A stretch of 64,000 bases of DNA. It comes from Thermoplasmata archaeon. Lineage in GTDB: Archaea; Thermoplasmatota; Thermoplasmata; Lutacidiplasmatales; UBA184. Positions within the stretch are counted from its first letter, which is position 1, and every line of letters starts with the position of its first letter. Position numbers and translations under genes: made by a program. This document shows, piece by piece, positions 8,700-16,270 of this stretch. The DNA lies in contig DASRSV010000022.1 of assembly GCA_035656255.1 (NCBI GenBank), forward strand, positions 16,630-80,629, given 5' to 3'. A model generated the notes under the pieces. That model worked only from the letters and a program-made list of their open reading frames with translations. It was not told where the DNA came from and did no database searches.

Positions 8700-9206
8700 G
8701 TGATGCCAACCGGCCCTTTGGTCTTCCTCGCTTATCGAATCGACAATGGCGGCGAATGCGATCTCCTCTCGCAGAAGCTGAAAGTGGACCTTCGAGCTCG
8801 TGTTGTCACGGTACACCGCGGGGCGGATCGCTCCCCCGCCGGCGAGTTGATCGAGGACCATGTGTTCCCAGAAATCGAGCGGAGCGACGGCGTGATGATC
8901 CTATGGTCAGAGCCGGCTCGGACGTCTGCATGGGTGAATGCCGAGTACCGCTATGCCCAGAGGATTGGGCGACGAATTTGTCTTGTCCAGTTCCCCGGGA
9001 TTGATCCACCCGACGATTGGCCCCCCGGGCTCAAGCGGGTAAAGCTACGAGGAGTGACTTTCTCCTCGCCCACCCTGGACGGAGGGATTCGATTCTCAAC
9101 GACCGGACCCGCTTACGAAGAAATGCTTGCCGAGTTGGTGGAGTTCGCCCACCGGGCCATGTCGTTCAAGCGAGGGGTAGAACTTCCCCCTTGGCTCAGC
9201 ACCTGA
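8700..9206 (+). CDS. Stand-alone TIR-domain protein
   Basis: VFLAY (cf. VFISY) at the N-terminus, VMILWS, and SAWVNAEYRYA with the conserved TIR catalytic Glu. Confidence 0.8.
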   Translation: MMPTGPLVFLAYRIDNGGECDLLSQKLKVDLRARVVTVHRGADRSPAGELIEDHVFPEIERSDGVMILWSEPARTSAWVNAEYRYAQRIGRRICLVQFPGIDPPDDWPPGLKRVKLRGVTFSSPTLDGGIRFSTTGPAYEEMLAELVEFAHRAMSFKRGVELPPWLST

Positions 9207-9330
9207 ACGATTCGGAGCGTGTCGCGCGCCTTTGCGTACGCTGTAATCGATCCGGGATTCGCGGAATCGGACCGGAGGAGCGCGCGTGAACACAAGTCGG
9301 TTAAGCCAAGGTCCCCCTACAGGCTCCTGA

Positions 9331-10572
9331 ATGCCGAAGAAAGCGGATGCGAAAGGGAGCGCGCTCATAGACTCTCTTCGCCGTTGGGTCACGGCCAAAC
9401 ACGGCACCGCGCCCCTAGAGAGTGCGACTGCGATTCCGGGCGCAAACGGCTCCGATCACCCCTTCATCATCACGTCAGTTCCAATCGCTGACCTGAGGTT
9501 CGAGGACCATCAGTACAACCCGCGCCACCCGAGTCTCGGGCGCGTGAACGAGCTGCGCGCGTCGGTGCACCAACTCGGGCTCCTGTCCCCACTTACCTGC
9601 GCGTACGTCGCAGGCGGAACTGAGGAGGTCGTCCTCATCGATGGACGCCATCGATTCGACGCGCTTCGCGCTCTGTCCGCAGAAGACAAGGAATGGGCGA
9701 AACGAGCGCGTGTGGATCTGAAGGTCTACTACGGCCTGACTAAGAGCGACCTCTTCCAACTCGCCACCTACCTGAACCGAACCCGGAAATCACTCGCCAA
9801 GGGAGAGTACTACAAGGTCGTCGTTCACATTTTCGAGGAGAAGAAGAAGGAGTTGGAGGCGCTGGACGGCAGGCCCCGAACTGAGAAGGAAGTTTTCCAT
9901 GCGGTCAGTTCCCATACCATCTCCGATAGAGATTTCGATCTCTCCATCGGCCGGATCGTCGGAATGGTTGCGTTCGATGAGGAGGAGGATGAAGCATGGT
10001 ATCCCATGGTGGGAACTCGCCAACAGGAACGTATCCGTGGACCACCGTCCCTGAGCGGCTACTGCCCCCTGACCGCCGGGAATCTTGCAGCCTTCCTCGC
10101 CTATCTGTGCAACCCCAAGCCGTACCCCGACAAAGGAGCGCTACGAGACACGGAAATCGGGAATGTCCTACATCTCGGCGCGATATTCCGAAAGCTGATC
10201 ATCGACAAGCCGGTCAAGTCCTATGAGACGGCTACAGGAACCAGCATCGCATGCAAACACTGGTGCCTCGTTGCATTCGGTAGCCTGCTCCACGAGAGCA
10301 GACTGTTCGCTCCGCAGGTACGAGCGGGGAGGTCCCCCTTAGCTGAGGCCGAGCCAGCCTGGGACCGCTTCACGAAGGTGATTGCCGAATACCGCGAAAT
10401 AATGGACGCGCAGGCCGCAATCGTCCGCAGGTACAAGAGCACCGACGAGCCCGGTTTTCTGAAAGACGCCTGGAGCTATCAAACCCAACGCGACCAGGTC
10501 AAGATACCTATGCAGAAGGCGTTCAAAGAACGCGGCATCTCCGACCTTGCCCGGGCGGTTTCCGCCAAATGA
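9331..10572 (+). CDS. ParB/Srx-fold N-terminal domain protein (DGQHR/DndB-like)
   Basis: YNPR, ELRASV..LGLLSPL, VLIDGRHRFDAL and KVYYGL...LATYLNRTRKSL. A TTAAG element lies ~28 nt upstream. Confidence 0.75.
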   Translation: MPKKADAKGSALIDSLRRWVTAKHGTAPLESATAIPGANGSDHPFIITSVPIADLRFEDHQYNPRHPSLGRVNELRASVHQLGLLSPLTCAYVAGGTEEVVLIDGRHRFDALRALSAEDKEWAKRARVDLKVYYGLTKSDLFQLATYLNRTRKSLAKGEYYKVVVHIFEEKKKELEALDGRPRTEKEVFHAVSSHTISDRDFDLSIGRIVGMVAFDEEEDEAWYPMVGTRQQERIRGPPSLSGYCPLTAGNLAAFLAYLCNPKPYPDKGALRDTEIGNVLHLGAIFRKLIIDKPVKSYETATGTSIACKHWCLVAFGSLLHESRLFAPQVRAGRSPLAEAEPAWDRFTKVIAEYREIMDAQAAIVRRYKSTDEPGFLKDAWSYQTQRDQVKIPMQKAFKERGISDLARAVSAK

Positions 10573-11897
10573 CCTCAGATCAAGGCGCACTGCTCGATTG
10601 CCTCGGTGTGCCGCCTAGTCATTCCGATCAAGTTCTTGGAGCATGGGCGCCTTCCAACCCCACCCTTCGAATGCGTTCGATGCTCGAACGTCTCGGGCCC
10701 GAGGCATCGGACCCTAGCTGGCCAGTCGGCCAGTCGCAGGATCGACTTCTGAAGTGGGGACTCTACTCGCCCTTACAGCTCGTCGCCCAGCAATGCGGAG
10801 CCGCCGCGCGTCCCACAATGGAATCCGACTTTCCTTTCTTATTCGGGTTCATGGGGTTGGTTACGCAGGGCCTGATTCATTTTCGGAAGCCCAAACCCCC
10901 CTCGGGAGCTTGGCCCCCCAAGGATCGCAAGGAGGCTCGTCGTTATTCCGCGCTCTATCAATCGGTCTTCCGACTTCGGGAACAACGAGAAGAGCGGGAG
11001 CCGCTGTCTCTCGAGGTCAGGTTGCCGCTCATCACAGATCCCTCACCGCTTCTGCCGCTAAAGAGGTTCGCGCAAGTCGTTGGGCGGGGGGTCGGCGTGG
11101 CAAACGGAGATCGGTTATCGGCACCAACTTCCCCTTCGGCACAGGCCGTCAAATTATTCCGTAACCACGAGGGGACGCCGAGTAATCGGCTCTACCGGCT
11201 TGACTCGGAATACGAGTACATTAGCCCAAAGGACTTGTCGTTAACCTTGCGACGGGACGGGCTGCTCACTCTGGCTTCCAGGTACAACCCGCTGCTCGAT
11301 TTCTACGATGGGGGGTGGCATGTCGTCGATATGGAGGGTGGGCGTCGGGCCATAGATCGACTCTTATCCGCGCGCTTCGGTGGCACTCAGATCGATTCAG
11401 ACCTGCCGAAGTTTCTGCTCAGGCTTGCTTACCACATGGCGACCCATTGGCACGGCGGGATACTCGCGGTGGTTGATGAAAAAGCCGCGGAGAAGCGCCT
11501 TCACCCGGCTCTGCCGGAGTCCAGGGCCATGACACTGCTCATCCGGAAGGCAGCGGGCGCGAAGACGAAGGAATTCCGGATCACCGACGTCGACAAGCCA
11601 GTGGACCCGGACCTGCCCCACAAGCCAAGCTGGGGGCTTGGACGCTTGTTCCTCACCCTCGCGATACAGGATGGCGCCGTGCTCTTTGCGCCGGACGGTC
11701 GGTTCTTGTCTGCCTCTCGATTCGTCGCCGACAACGACCAAAACATAGGCAGTGGTGGAGCGGGTGCCAGGGCCGCCCTCGCCTTGTCCAAGTGTGGGTT
11801 GGCGATCAAGATTAGCGCAGACGGCGCGATCAAGGTATTCGCTCGCGCCGAGAACGGCAGGCTTCTCGTGCCCGCAGCTGGTCTCCGGATTCGATAG
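10569..11897 (+). CDS. Protein with C-terminal DisA_N/diadenylate-cyclase-like domain and uncharacterised N-terminal region
   Basis: HGGILAVV, IQDGAVLF (DGA motif) and GAGARAALALS..LAIKISADGAIKVF matching the DAC fold. The RHR motif is degenerate. ATGA overlap with the ParB-like gene. Confidence 0.7.
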   Translation: MTSDQGALLDCLGVPPSHSDQVLGAWAPSNPTLRMRSMLERLGPEASDPSWPVGQSQDRLLKWGLYSPLQLVAQQCGAAARPTMESDFPFLFGFMGLVTQGLIHFRKPKPPSGAWPPKDRKEARRYSALYQSVFRLREQREEREPLSLEVRLPLITDPSPLLPLKRFAQVVGRGVGVANGDRLSAPTSPSAQAVKLFRNHEGTPSNRLYRLDSEYEYISPKDLSLTLRRDGLLTLASRYNPLLDFYDGGWHVVDMEGGRRAIDRLLSARFGGTQIDSDLPKFLLRLAYHMATHWHGGILAVVDEKAAEKRLHPALPESRAMTLLIRKAAGAKTKEFRITDVDKPVDPDLPHKPSWGLGRLFLTLAIQDGAVLFAPDGRFLSASRFVADNDQNIGSGGAGARAALALSKCGLAIKISADGAIKVFARAENGRLLVPAAGLRIR

Positions 11898-11900
11898 GCT

Positions 11901-13640
11901 CTAGGACGCGGCGAAGCTGCGGCAAATGTCATGTGGCTCGTCGACGATCCGCGCGTCGAACCCCTCGACAACCGGCCCGAATGTCGCGCCGTAAAGACGG
12001 GGCTGAAGGTACGCAACGATTCTCCGATAGTGCTTTCCGATGACGCCGAGAACGGTCGCGGTCCGGATTCGGAGGAACTCTGTGTGGCGTGGGTGAATGG
12101 CGTTGGTCAACGGGAAGTCATATCCCATGATCGCGGGGTTGCCCTCGTGGTCCCAATGGACGGGGCCGTAAAGCCCGCTCAACGTGATCCGATCGAAGTC
12201 GTCGCCTTCCACCCACCCTTCGGATTCCAGATGAGAGAGGATCCTGCGGTGGACTTTGCTTCGGGCGTACGGTCGGGAGCGCGAGCAGGGTAGCAAGAGC
12301 AATGCGGCCTCGGCGCATGGCTCAAACCCCTTGAGCGGAAACGCGTACTCCTTCGGTACAACAGATCCCTTGGTGGCCGCGGGGACTTGAGCAGAGGCGT
12401 GCGGCGCCGCTAGCCCGAGTGCAACTCTGGTCCGCCACCACGAGAGGTTGTGGAGAGCCAGAGCGGCCCAAACATCGGATCGATTGACTCGCCTCTCACC
12501 AATCATGAGGGGACGATAGGGAGGTCGCGTCAGGAGCTCGACGACGTTCTCCCTCCCAACTCCCATCAGGAGCGTGCATCCCGGGCAAGAACATCCAGAG
12601 TCTTCGCTCGGGTCGAAGTCGCGATAGTTGCCGATCCGATGATCAAAGACACGCTTTCGGAACGCCGCCTGAACATAGGTCGAGTTGTCGAACGATAGGG
12701 GCCGACAATCTGGGTGTCGCCTGACTAGTTCCCCAACCACGGCCTCTCCAACACCGAAGAGATGCAGAGGGGTGTTGTCGGCGGTTGTCCGCGCCATCCA
12801 GGAGAGTACTGCCTCGCAGTTCTGGAGGATGCGTTGCGGCTCCCTTGACAGAGGAACCTGACTCCCGAGTGCAATCCCGAGAGCCGGCGAGGAAAACGCG
12901 CCGACGGGTAGGGCGTCTTCAAGCGATCGGGCGCACCACGTGACTTCCTCCGCGGACCTGCCGTGGACCGCCAAGTACGCAGTCGGGGTACTGTTCGATC
13001 CGATCACCGCACTGGCCAGCCATGCCGAGTTACGCACGCTGGCAATGATGTGGCGCCGCGCCTGTCTCGGGCTGGCCCCGCGCGGGATAGGTGAGTCGAG
13101 GCTTGCGATTCGCGACGGACCAAACTTGAGTTGCATTTCGAGGACACTCTCTGGGGAGAGATCCATGCCCCACGGGGAAAGGTCGATTTTGTCCCCGTGA
13201 AGAATTTGAAACCCACCACTATCCAGGAAGACATCTCCGGACGGCCCCAGAAGTTCCTCGAGTTCCCGTTGGATTCGCACGCCACCGTACCACGGCGCGA
13301 ACCACGCCTCCCACGCTCGGTCGCTGAGTTCGTAGGCCGTGAAGTGCAGTGCTTGGACCATGAGGCGAGGCGGCCCATCGACTCCCCTCAGCCCGGCTTT
13401 GATGGCTTTCCAGACGCCGCCGTTCCTCGTGAGTCCGGGTGGCCCTGTGAGCAGGTGGACAACGGGGAAGAAGGATACCGGGCCCCCGCCTTCCTGCATG
13501 GGGGGGGATGAGAGGGCCACCGTTTGAGCGCTTCTGTCTCGCGGCGGGGCGAGCGAGGGTTTCCCCGGGCCGCTAGATTGGGCGACTGTCCCGTGGGAGT
13601 GCGCTCTGTCAAACTCAATCGGCCGGGACTGGGACCTCAT
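11901..13640 (-). CDS. tRNA-guanine transglycosylase (TGT/DpdA)-like enzyme fused to a C-terminal DUF5591/ArcS-like domain
   Basis: VFLDSGGFQ, HLFGVG, SFDNSTY, Zn motif CSCPGC...HNL, C-terminal LLLLPCSRSRPYARSKVH. Start is probably ATG 13640 or 13499 rather than 13898. Confidence 0.8.
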   Translation of the reverse strand: MRSQSRPIEFDRAHSHGTVAQSSGPGKPSLAPPRDRSAQTVALSSPPMQEGGGPVSFFPVVHLLTGPPGLTRNGGVWKAIKAGLRGVDGPPRLMVQALHFTAYELSDRAWEAWFAPWYGGVRIQRELEELLGPSGDVFLDSGGFQILHGDKIDLSPWGMDLSPESVLEMQLKFGPSRIASLDSPIPRGASPRQARRHIIASVRNSAWLASAVIGSNSTPTAYLAVHGRSAEEVTWCARSLEDALPVGAFSSPALGIALGSQVPLSREPQRILQNCEAVLSWMARTTADNTPLHLFGVGEAVVGELVRRHPDCRPLSFDNSTYVQAAFRKRVFDHRIGNYRDFDPSEDSGCSCPGCTLLMGVGRENVVELLTRPPYRPLMIGERRVNRSDVWAALALHNLSWWRTRVALGLAAPHASAQVPAATKGSVVPKEYAFPLKGFEPCAEAALLLLPCSRSRPYARSKVHRRILSHLESEGWVEGDDFDRITLSGLYGPVHWDHEGNPAIMGYDFPLTNAIHPRHTEFLRIRTATVLGVIGKHYRRIVAYLQPRLYGATFGPVVEGFDARIVDEPHDICRSFAAS

Positions 13641-13711
13641 AGTCAGCCTTTCGAGCACGACCCTCCGGCCTCGGGGCGGGCCTGGCGCACGATTTGACAG
13701 GGGGAGTTTGC

Positions 13712-13942
13712 TCACGGAGTTGTGGCGGACCGCCAACCCCACGAGTAGGCCAGCCGCTGGAGAAACCACAGGGTCGAGAACCCGGGAACGAGCCGAAGCG
13801 GGATTCGATTGGACTGGAATCCTCGAAGCTCCGCCCAGTAATCCCGTAAGAGGGCCCCAGGCGTCAGGGGTCCCGGAATCATGGAGGCGGAGTGCCACTC
13901 TGCAGCCTGCCCGTCCGTCCGGTCGACCTGAAGATATGTCAT
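13712..13942 (-). CDS. 76-aa hypothetical protein coupled to the glycosyltransferase
   Basis: ATG overlaps the GT stop (ATGA). MTYLQVDRTDG...FSTLWFLQRLAYSWGWRSATTP. Confidence 0.45.
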   Translation of the reverse strand: MTYLQVDRTDGQAAEWHSASMIPGPLTPGALLRDYWAELRGFQSNRIPLRLVPGFSTLWFLQRLAYSWGWRSATTP

Positions 13943-14655
13943 GACGGTTCTACCGGGCCGAAGATTCGGTCCGTCGCCTGTCGACAGCCCCGTCCGTAGT
14001 TGCGGAAGGTCCGCAAGAAGTCCAACACGCCGGGCCGGAATTCGTGCCGCACGAGCGCGTCGGGGACGTACTTGAACGTCCATCCCGCGCGGCGAAGCCG
14101 TATGCTCAGGGCAACGTCCTCCCCGCCGGGAGTCGGGATCGAGCCGTCGAACCCCCCCACGGCGAGCGCCTCACGACGAGAGTAGGCGCAGTTGGCGGTC
14201 ACGAGGTAGAGCATCGATGGCGGAGGCTCAAGGATTCGGTAGTACGCGTAGTACCGAGAGATCCAATCGATATCGGTGGGGAGGACCCGCCCCCCGGCGC
14301 CGACGATTCGGCGGGAGGTGTCGATGGGGCTGATCAAGGACCCCAACCAGTCGGGATCCACGATGCAATCGTCGTCCGCGAAGGCTACAATGTCCGCCGA
14401 GGTGGACTCCATACCTAAGTTGCGCCCGTGGCCAGGACCTGTGCCGTCGGTCTGCGAGACGATCACCGGATCGAATGAGTGGGGGGCGGCACCCCATTCT
14501 CGGAGAAACTCCGGAGTGGAGTCCCGCGATCGGCCATCCACGACGACTACCTCGTCCGGGCGGAGGCCTCGGAGCCGGTCGACAGACCCGAGGAGTCGTT
14601 CGAGCCGGATTTGTCGATCCCTAGTGGGAATCACTAGCGCGACGCTCCGCGTCAT
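13939..14655 (-). CDS. Family 2 (GT-A) glycosyltransferase
   Basis: VALVIPTRDR, VVVVDGRSRD, RNLG, FADDDC (DxD), GGFD, EDVAL. ATG 14655 overlaps the epimerase stop. Confidence 0.9.
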   Translation of the reverse strand: MTRSVALVIPTRDRQIRLERLLGSVDRLRGLRPDEVVVVDGRSRDSTPEFLREWGAAPHSFDPVIVSQTDGTGPGHGRNLGMESTSADIVAFADDDCIVDPDWLGSLISPIDTSRRIVGAGGRVLPTDIDWISRYYAYYRILEPPPSMLYLVTANCAYSRREALAVGGFDGSIPTPGGEDVALSIRLRRAGWTFKYVPDALVRHEFRPGVLDFLRTFRNYGRGCRQATDRIFGPVEPS

Positions 14656-15578
14656 CCCGATGGGTGCCCCCGCATCCACAGGATCGTTCGCTCGAGGCCC
14701 TCCTCCAAATCGACGCGGGGCTGGTACCCGAACGCCTCCTTCGCCTTCGAGATGTCCAGCCAAGTCCGGAGCCCCTCCTCCCCCCGTCGATACTTCCACG
14801 AGGGGTCGAACTCGACCCTTCCCGACCCGACCTTCCGCACCACCGAATTGCCAAGGTCGAGAATCGAAAGTTCCCTGCCGCTCGCGATGTTGAACGTCCC
14901 CGAGGCACCCGCGTCAAGCGCCATTCGAACGCCGTCTACGAAGTTCGTGACGAAGTTCAGGTCACGCGTGGGGTGGCCCCCAAGGACAGGTTCGGCGGGG
15001 AATAGGAGGGGCTCGTTGCGAAGTGCGCGGCGGACGAATTTGGCGACGACCTGGGCCTTAGGGTCGCTGCGAGGACCGTACCCCATGCCGCTCCGGACGA
15101 TCAGGGCCTTGCTGCCAAAGGCGCTCCGGACCAGCACCTCTGCCGCGGCCTTCGACGCCGCGTACGGGGACTGGGGGTTCGGTAAGACGGTTTCCGGGGT
15201 GGGATAGGCAACCGCCGGACCGTACACGGTTTCGGATGATGCATAGAGGAATGTCCTGAGGTCACCTCCGAGTTGGAGCGCGGCTTGGATCAGGTTGATC
15301 GTGGCGACGACGTTGTCCCGGTAGGTCCCGATCGGATCTTCGAACGAAGGCTCGACGCGCGCTTGCGCCGCGAGATGAACTATCACCTCGGGGGAGATCC
15401 GGCGGACCAGGCTGCTGAGCCCGTCGGGGTTGCAGAGGTCTGCCAGATGGTAGACGACGCCGTCGACGCGTTCGAGGGGCGGACGCCGATCCACCCCGTG
15501 GAGCTTATCGCGCCCTGAGCGGGCCTCGAGGAACGAAGTGCCGATGAAGCCCGAACAACCCGTGAGCAGAATCTTCAA
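14652..15578 (-). CDS. NAD-dependent NDP-sugar epimerase/dehydratase (extended SDR)
   Basis: ILLTGCSGFIG, HLAAQARV, ASSETVYG, PYAASK, YGPR, RDLNFV. Confidence 0.92.
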   Translation of the reverse strand: MKILLTGCSGFIGTSFLEARSGRDKLHGVDRRPPLERVDGVVYHLADLCNPDGLSSLVRRISPEVIVHLAAQARVEPSFEDPIGTYRDNVVATINLIQAALQLGGDLRTFLYASSETVYGPAVAYPTPETVLPNPQSPYAASKAAAEVLVRSAFGSKALIVRSGMGYGPRSDPKAQVVAKFVRRALRNEPLLFPAEPVLGGHPTRDLNFVTNFVDGVRMALDAGASGTFNIASGRELSILDLGNSVVRKVGSGRVEFDPSWKYRRGEEGLRTWLDISKAKEAFGYQPRVDLEEGLERTILWMRGHPSG

Positions 15579-15622
15579 CGCCGCAGCCCCTCCCAGTCCC
15601 TCGGGAGGGTGTTCCCCAATTT

Positions 15623-16270
15623 CTACCCCGCTGAGGCCTCGGCGCTCTCATCGGCCATCTGTAGGGTGCCCCCCGAAGGGTGGACCGATTGGTCCCGCCT
15701 TAGCACCGAGCGAACGGCTCCCAGTTTGAGGTTCATTTTCTGGGAGATCATTCGAAGGCTCTCGCCTCCGGCTCGGCGGGCTTGGACCTCCCTCGCAATA
15801 CGCTCCGGGATTCTCCGAGGTGCCCCAAACTTCTTGCCCAGCGCGCGAGCCCGCGCCACGCCCGCTTGGGTTCGTTCGAGGATGAGCTCGCGCTCGAATT
15901 CTGCCAGGGCTGCGAGCATGTTCCGCTGCAGACGACCGCTTGGGGTGGAGGTGTCGATTCCCTGGTCGATGACAATCACGCGGGCTCCTGCCGCCTCAGC
16001 GTCGTCCCAGAACCGCAGGATCATACCCAACGAGCGGCCTAGCCGGTCCATCTTGGAAACTACGATCGTATCGAACTCGCCCGAGGCGAGCCGCTCCCGA
16101 AGTCGATCAAGCTCCGGTCGGTTGTCCCGGATGCCTGAGATTCCGTCGTCCCGAAAGACCGCGACATCCGGCCAGCCTCTCGCCTGGCAGTAGGCGGTGA
16201 GCTGACCGACTTGGGCCTCCGTCGACTGTTCCTTGGTCGAGACGCGAGCGTAGATCGCGACCCGAGTCAT
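15623..16270 (-). CDS. Serine recombinase (resolvase/invertase family) with C-terminal HTH
   Basis: AIYARVSTKEQ, SG..DNRPEL, SKMDRLGRS, LAALAEFERELILERTQAG. ATG 16270 overlaps the MTase stop. Confidence 0.93.
   Translation of the reverse strand: MTRVAIYARVSTKEQSTEAQVGQLTAYCQARGWPDVAVFRDDGISGIRDNRPELDRLRERLASGEFDTIVVSKMDRLGRSLGMILRFWDDAEAAGARVIVIDQGIDTSTPSGRLQRNMLAALAEFERELILERTQAGVARARALGKKFGAPRRIPERIAREVQARRAGGESLRMISQKMNLKLGAVRSVLRRDQSVHPSGGTLQMADESAEASAG

Noticed and set aside
8418-8861. 147-aa - strand ORF overlapping the TIR gene
   Set aside because: It overlaps the better-supported TIR ORF antisense and has no recognisable motif.
13641-13898. N-terminal extension of the TGT-like ORF
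   Set aside because: Low-complexity, not TGT-like, and overlapping the coupled 76-aa ORF in another frame. A later start is preferred.
15623-16270. IS607 transposase or the element's integrase
   Set aside because: The HTH is C-terminal, there is no adjacent TnpB and no large recombinase/Zn domain, so it looks like a resolvase/invertase. tRNA-targeted integration normally uses a tyrosine integrase, which is not in the window.
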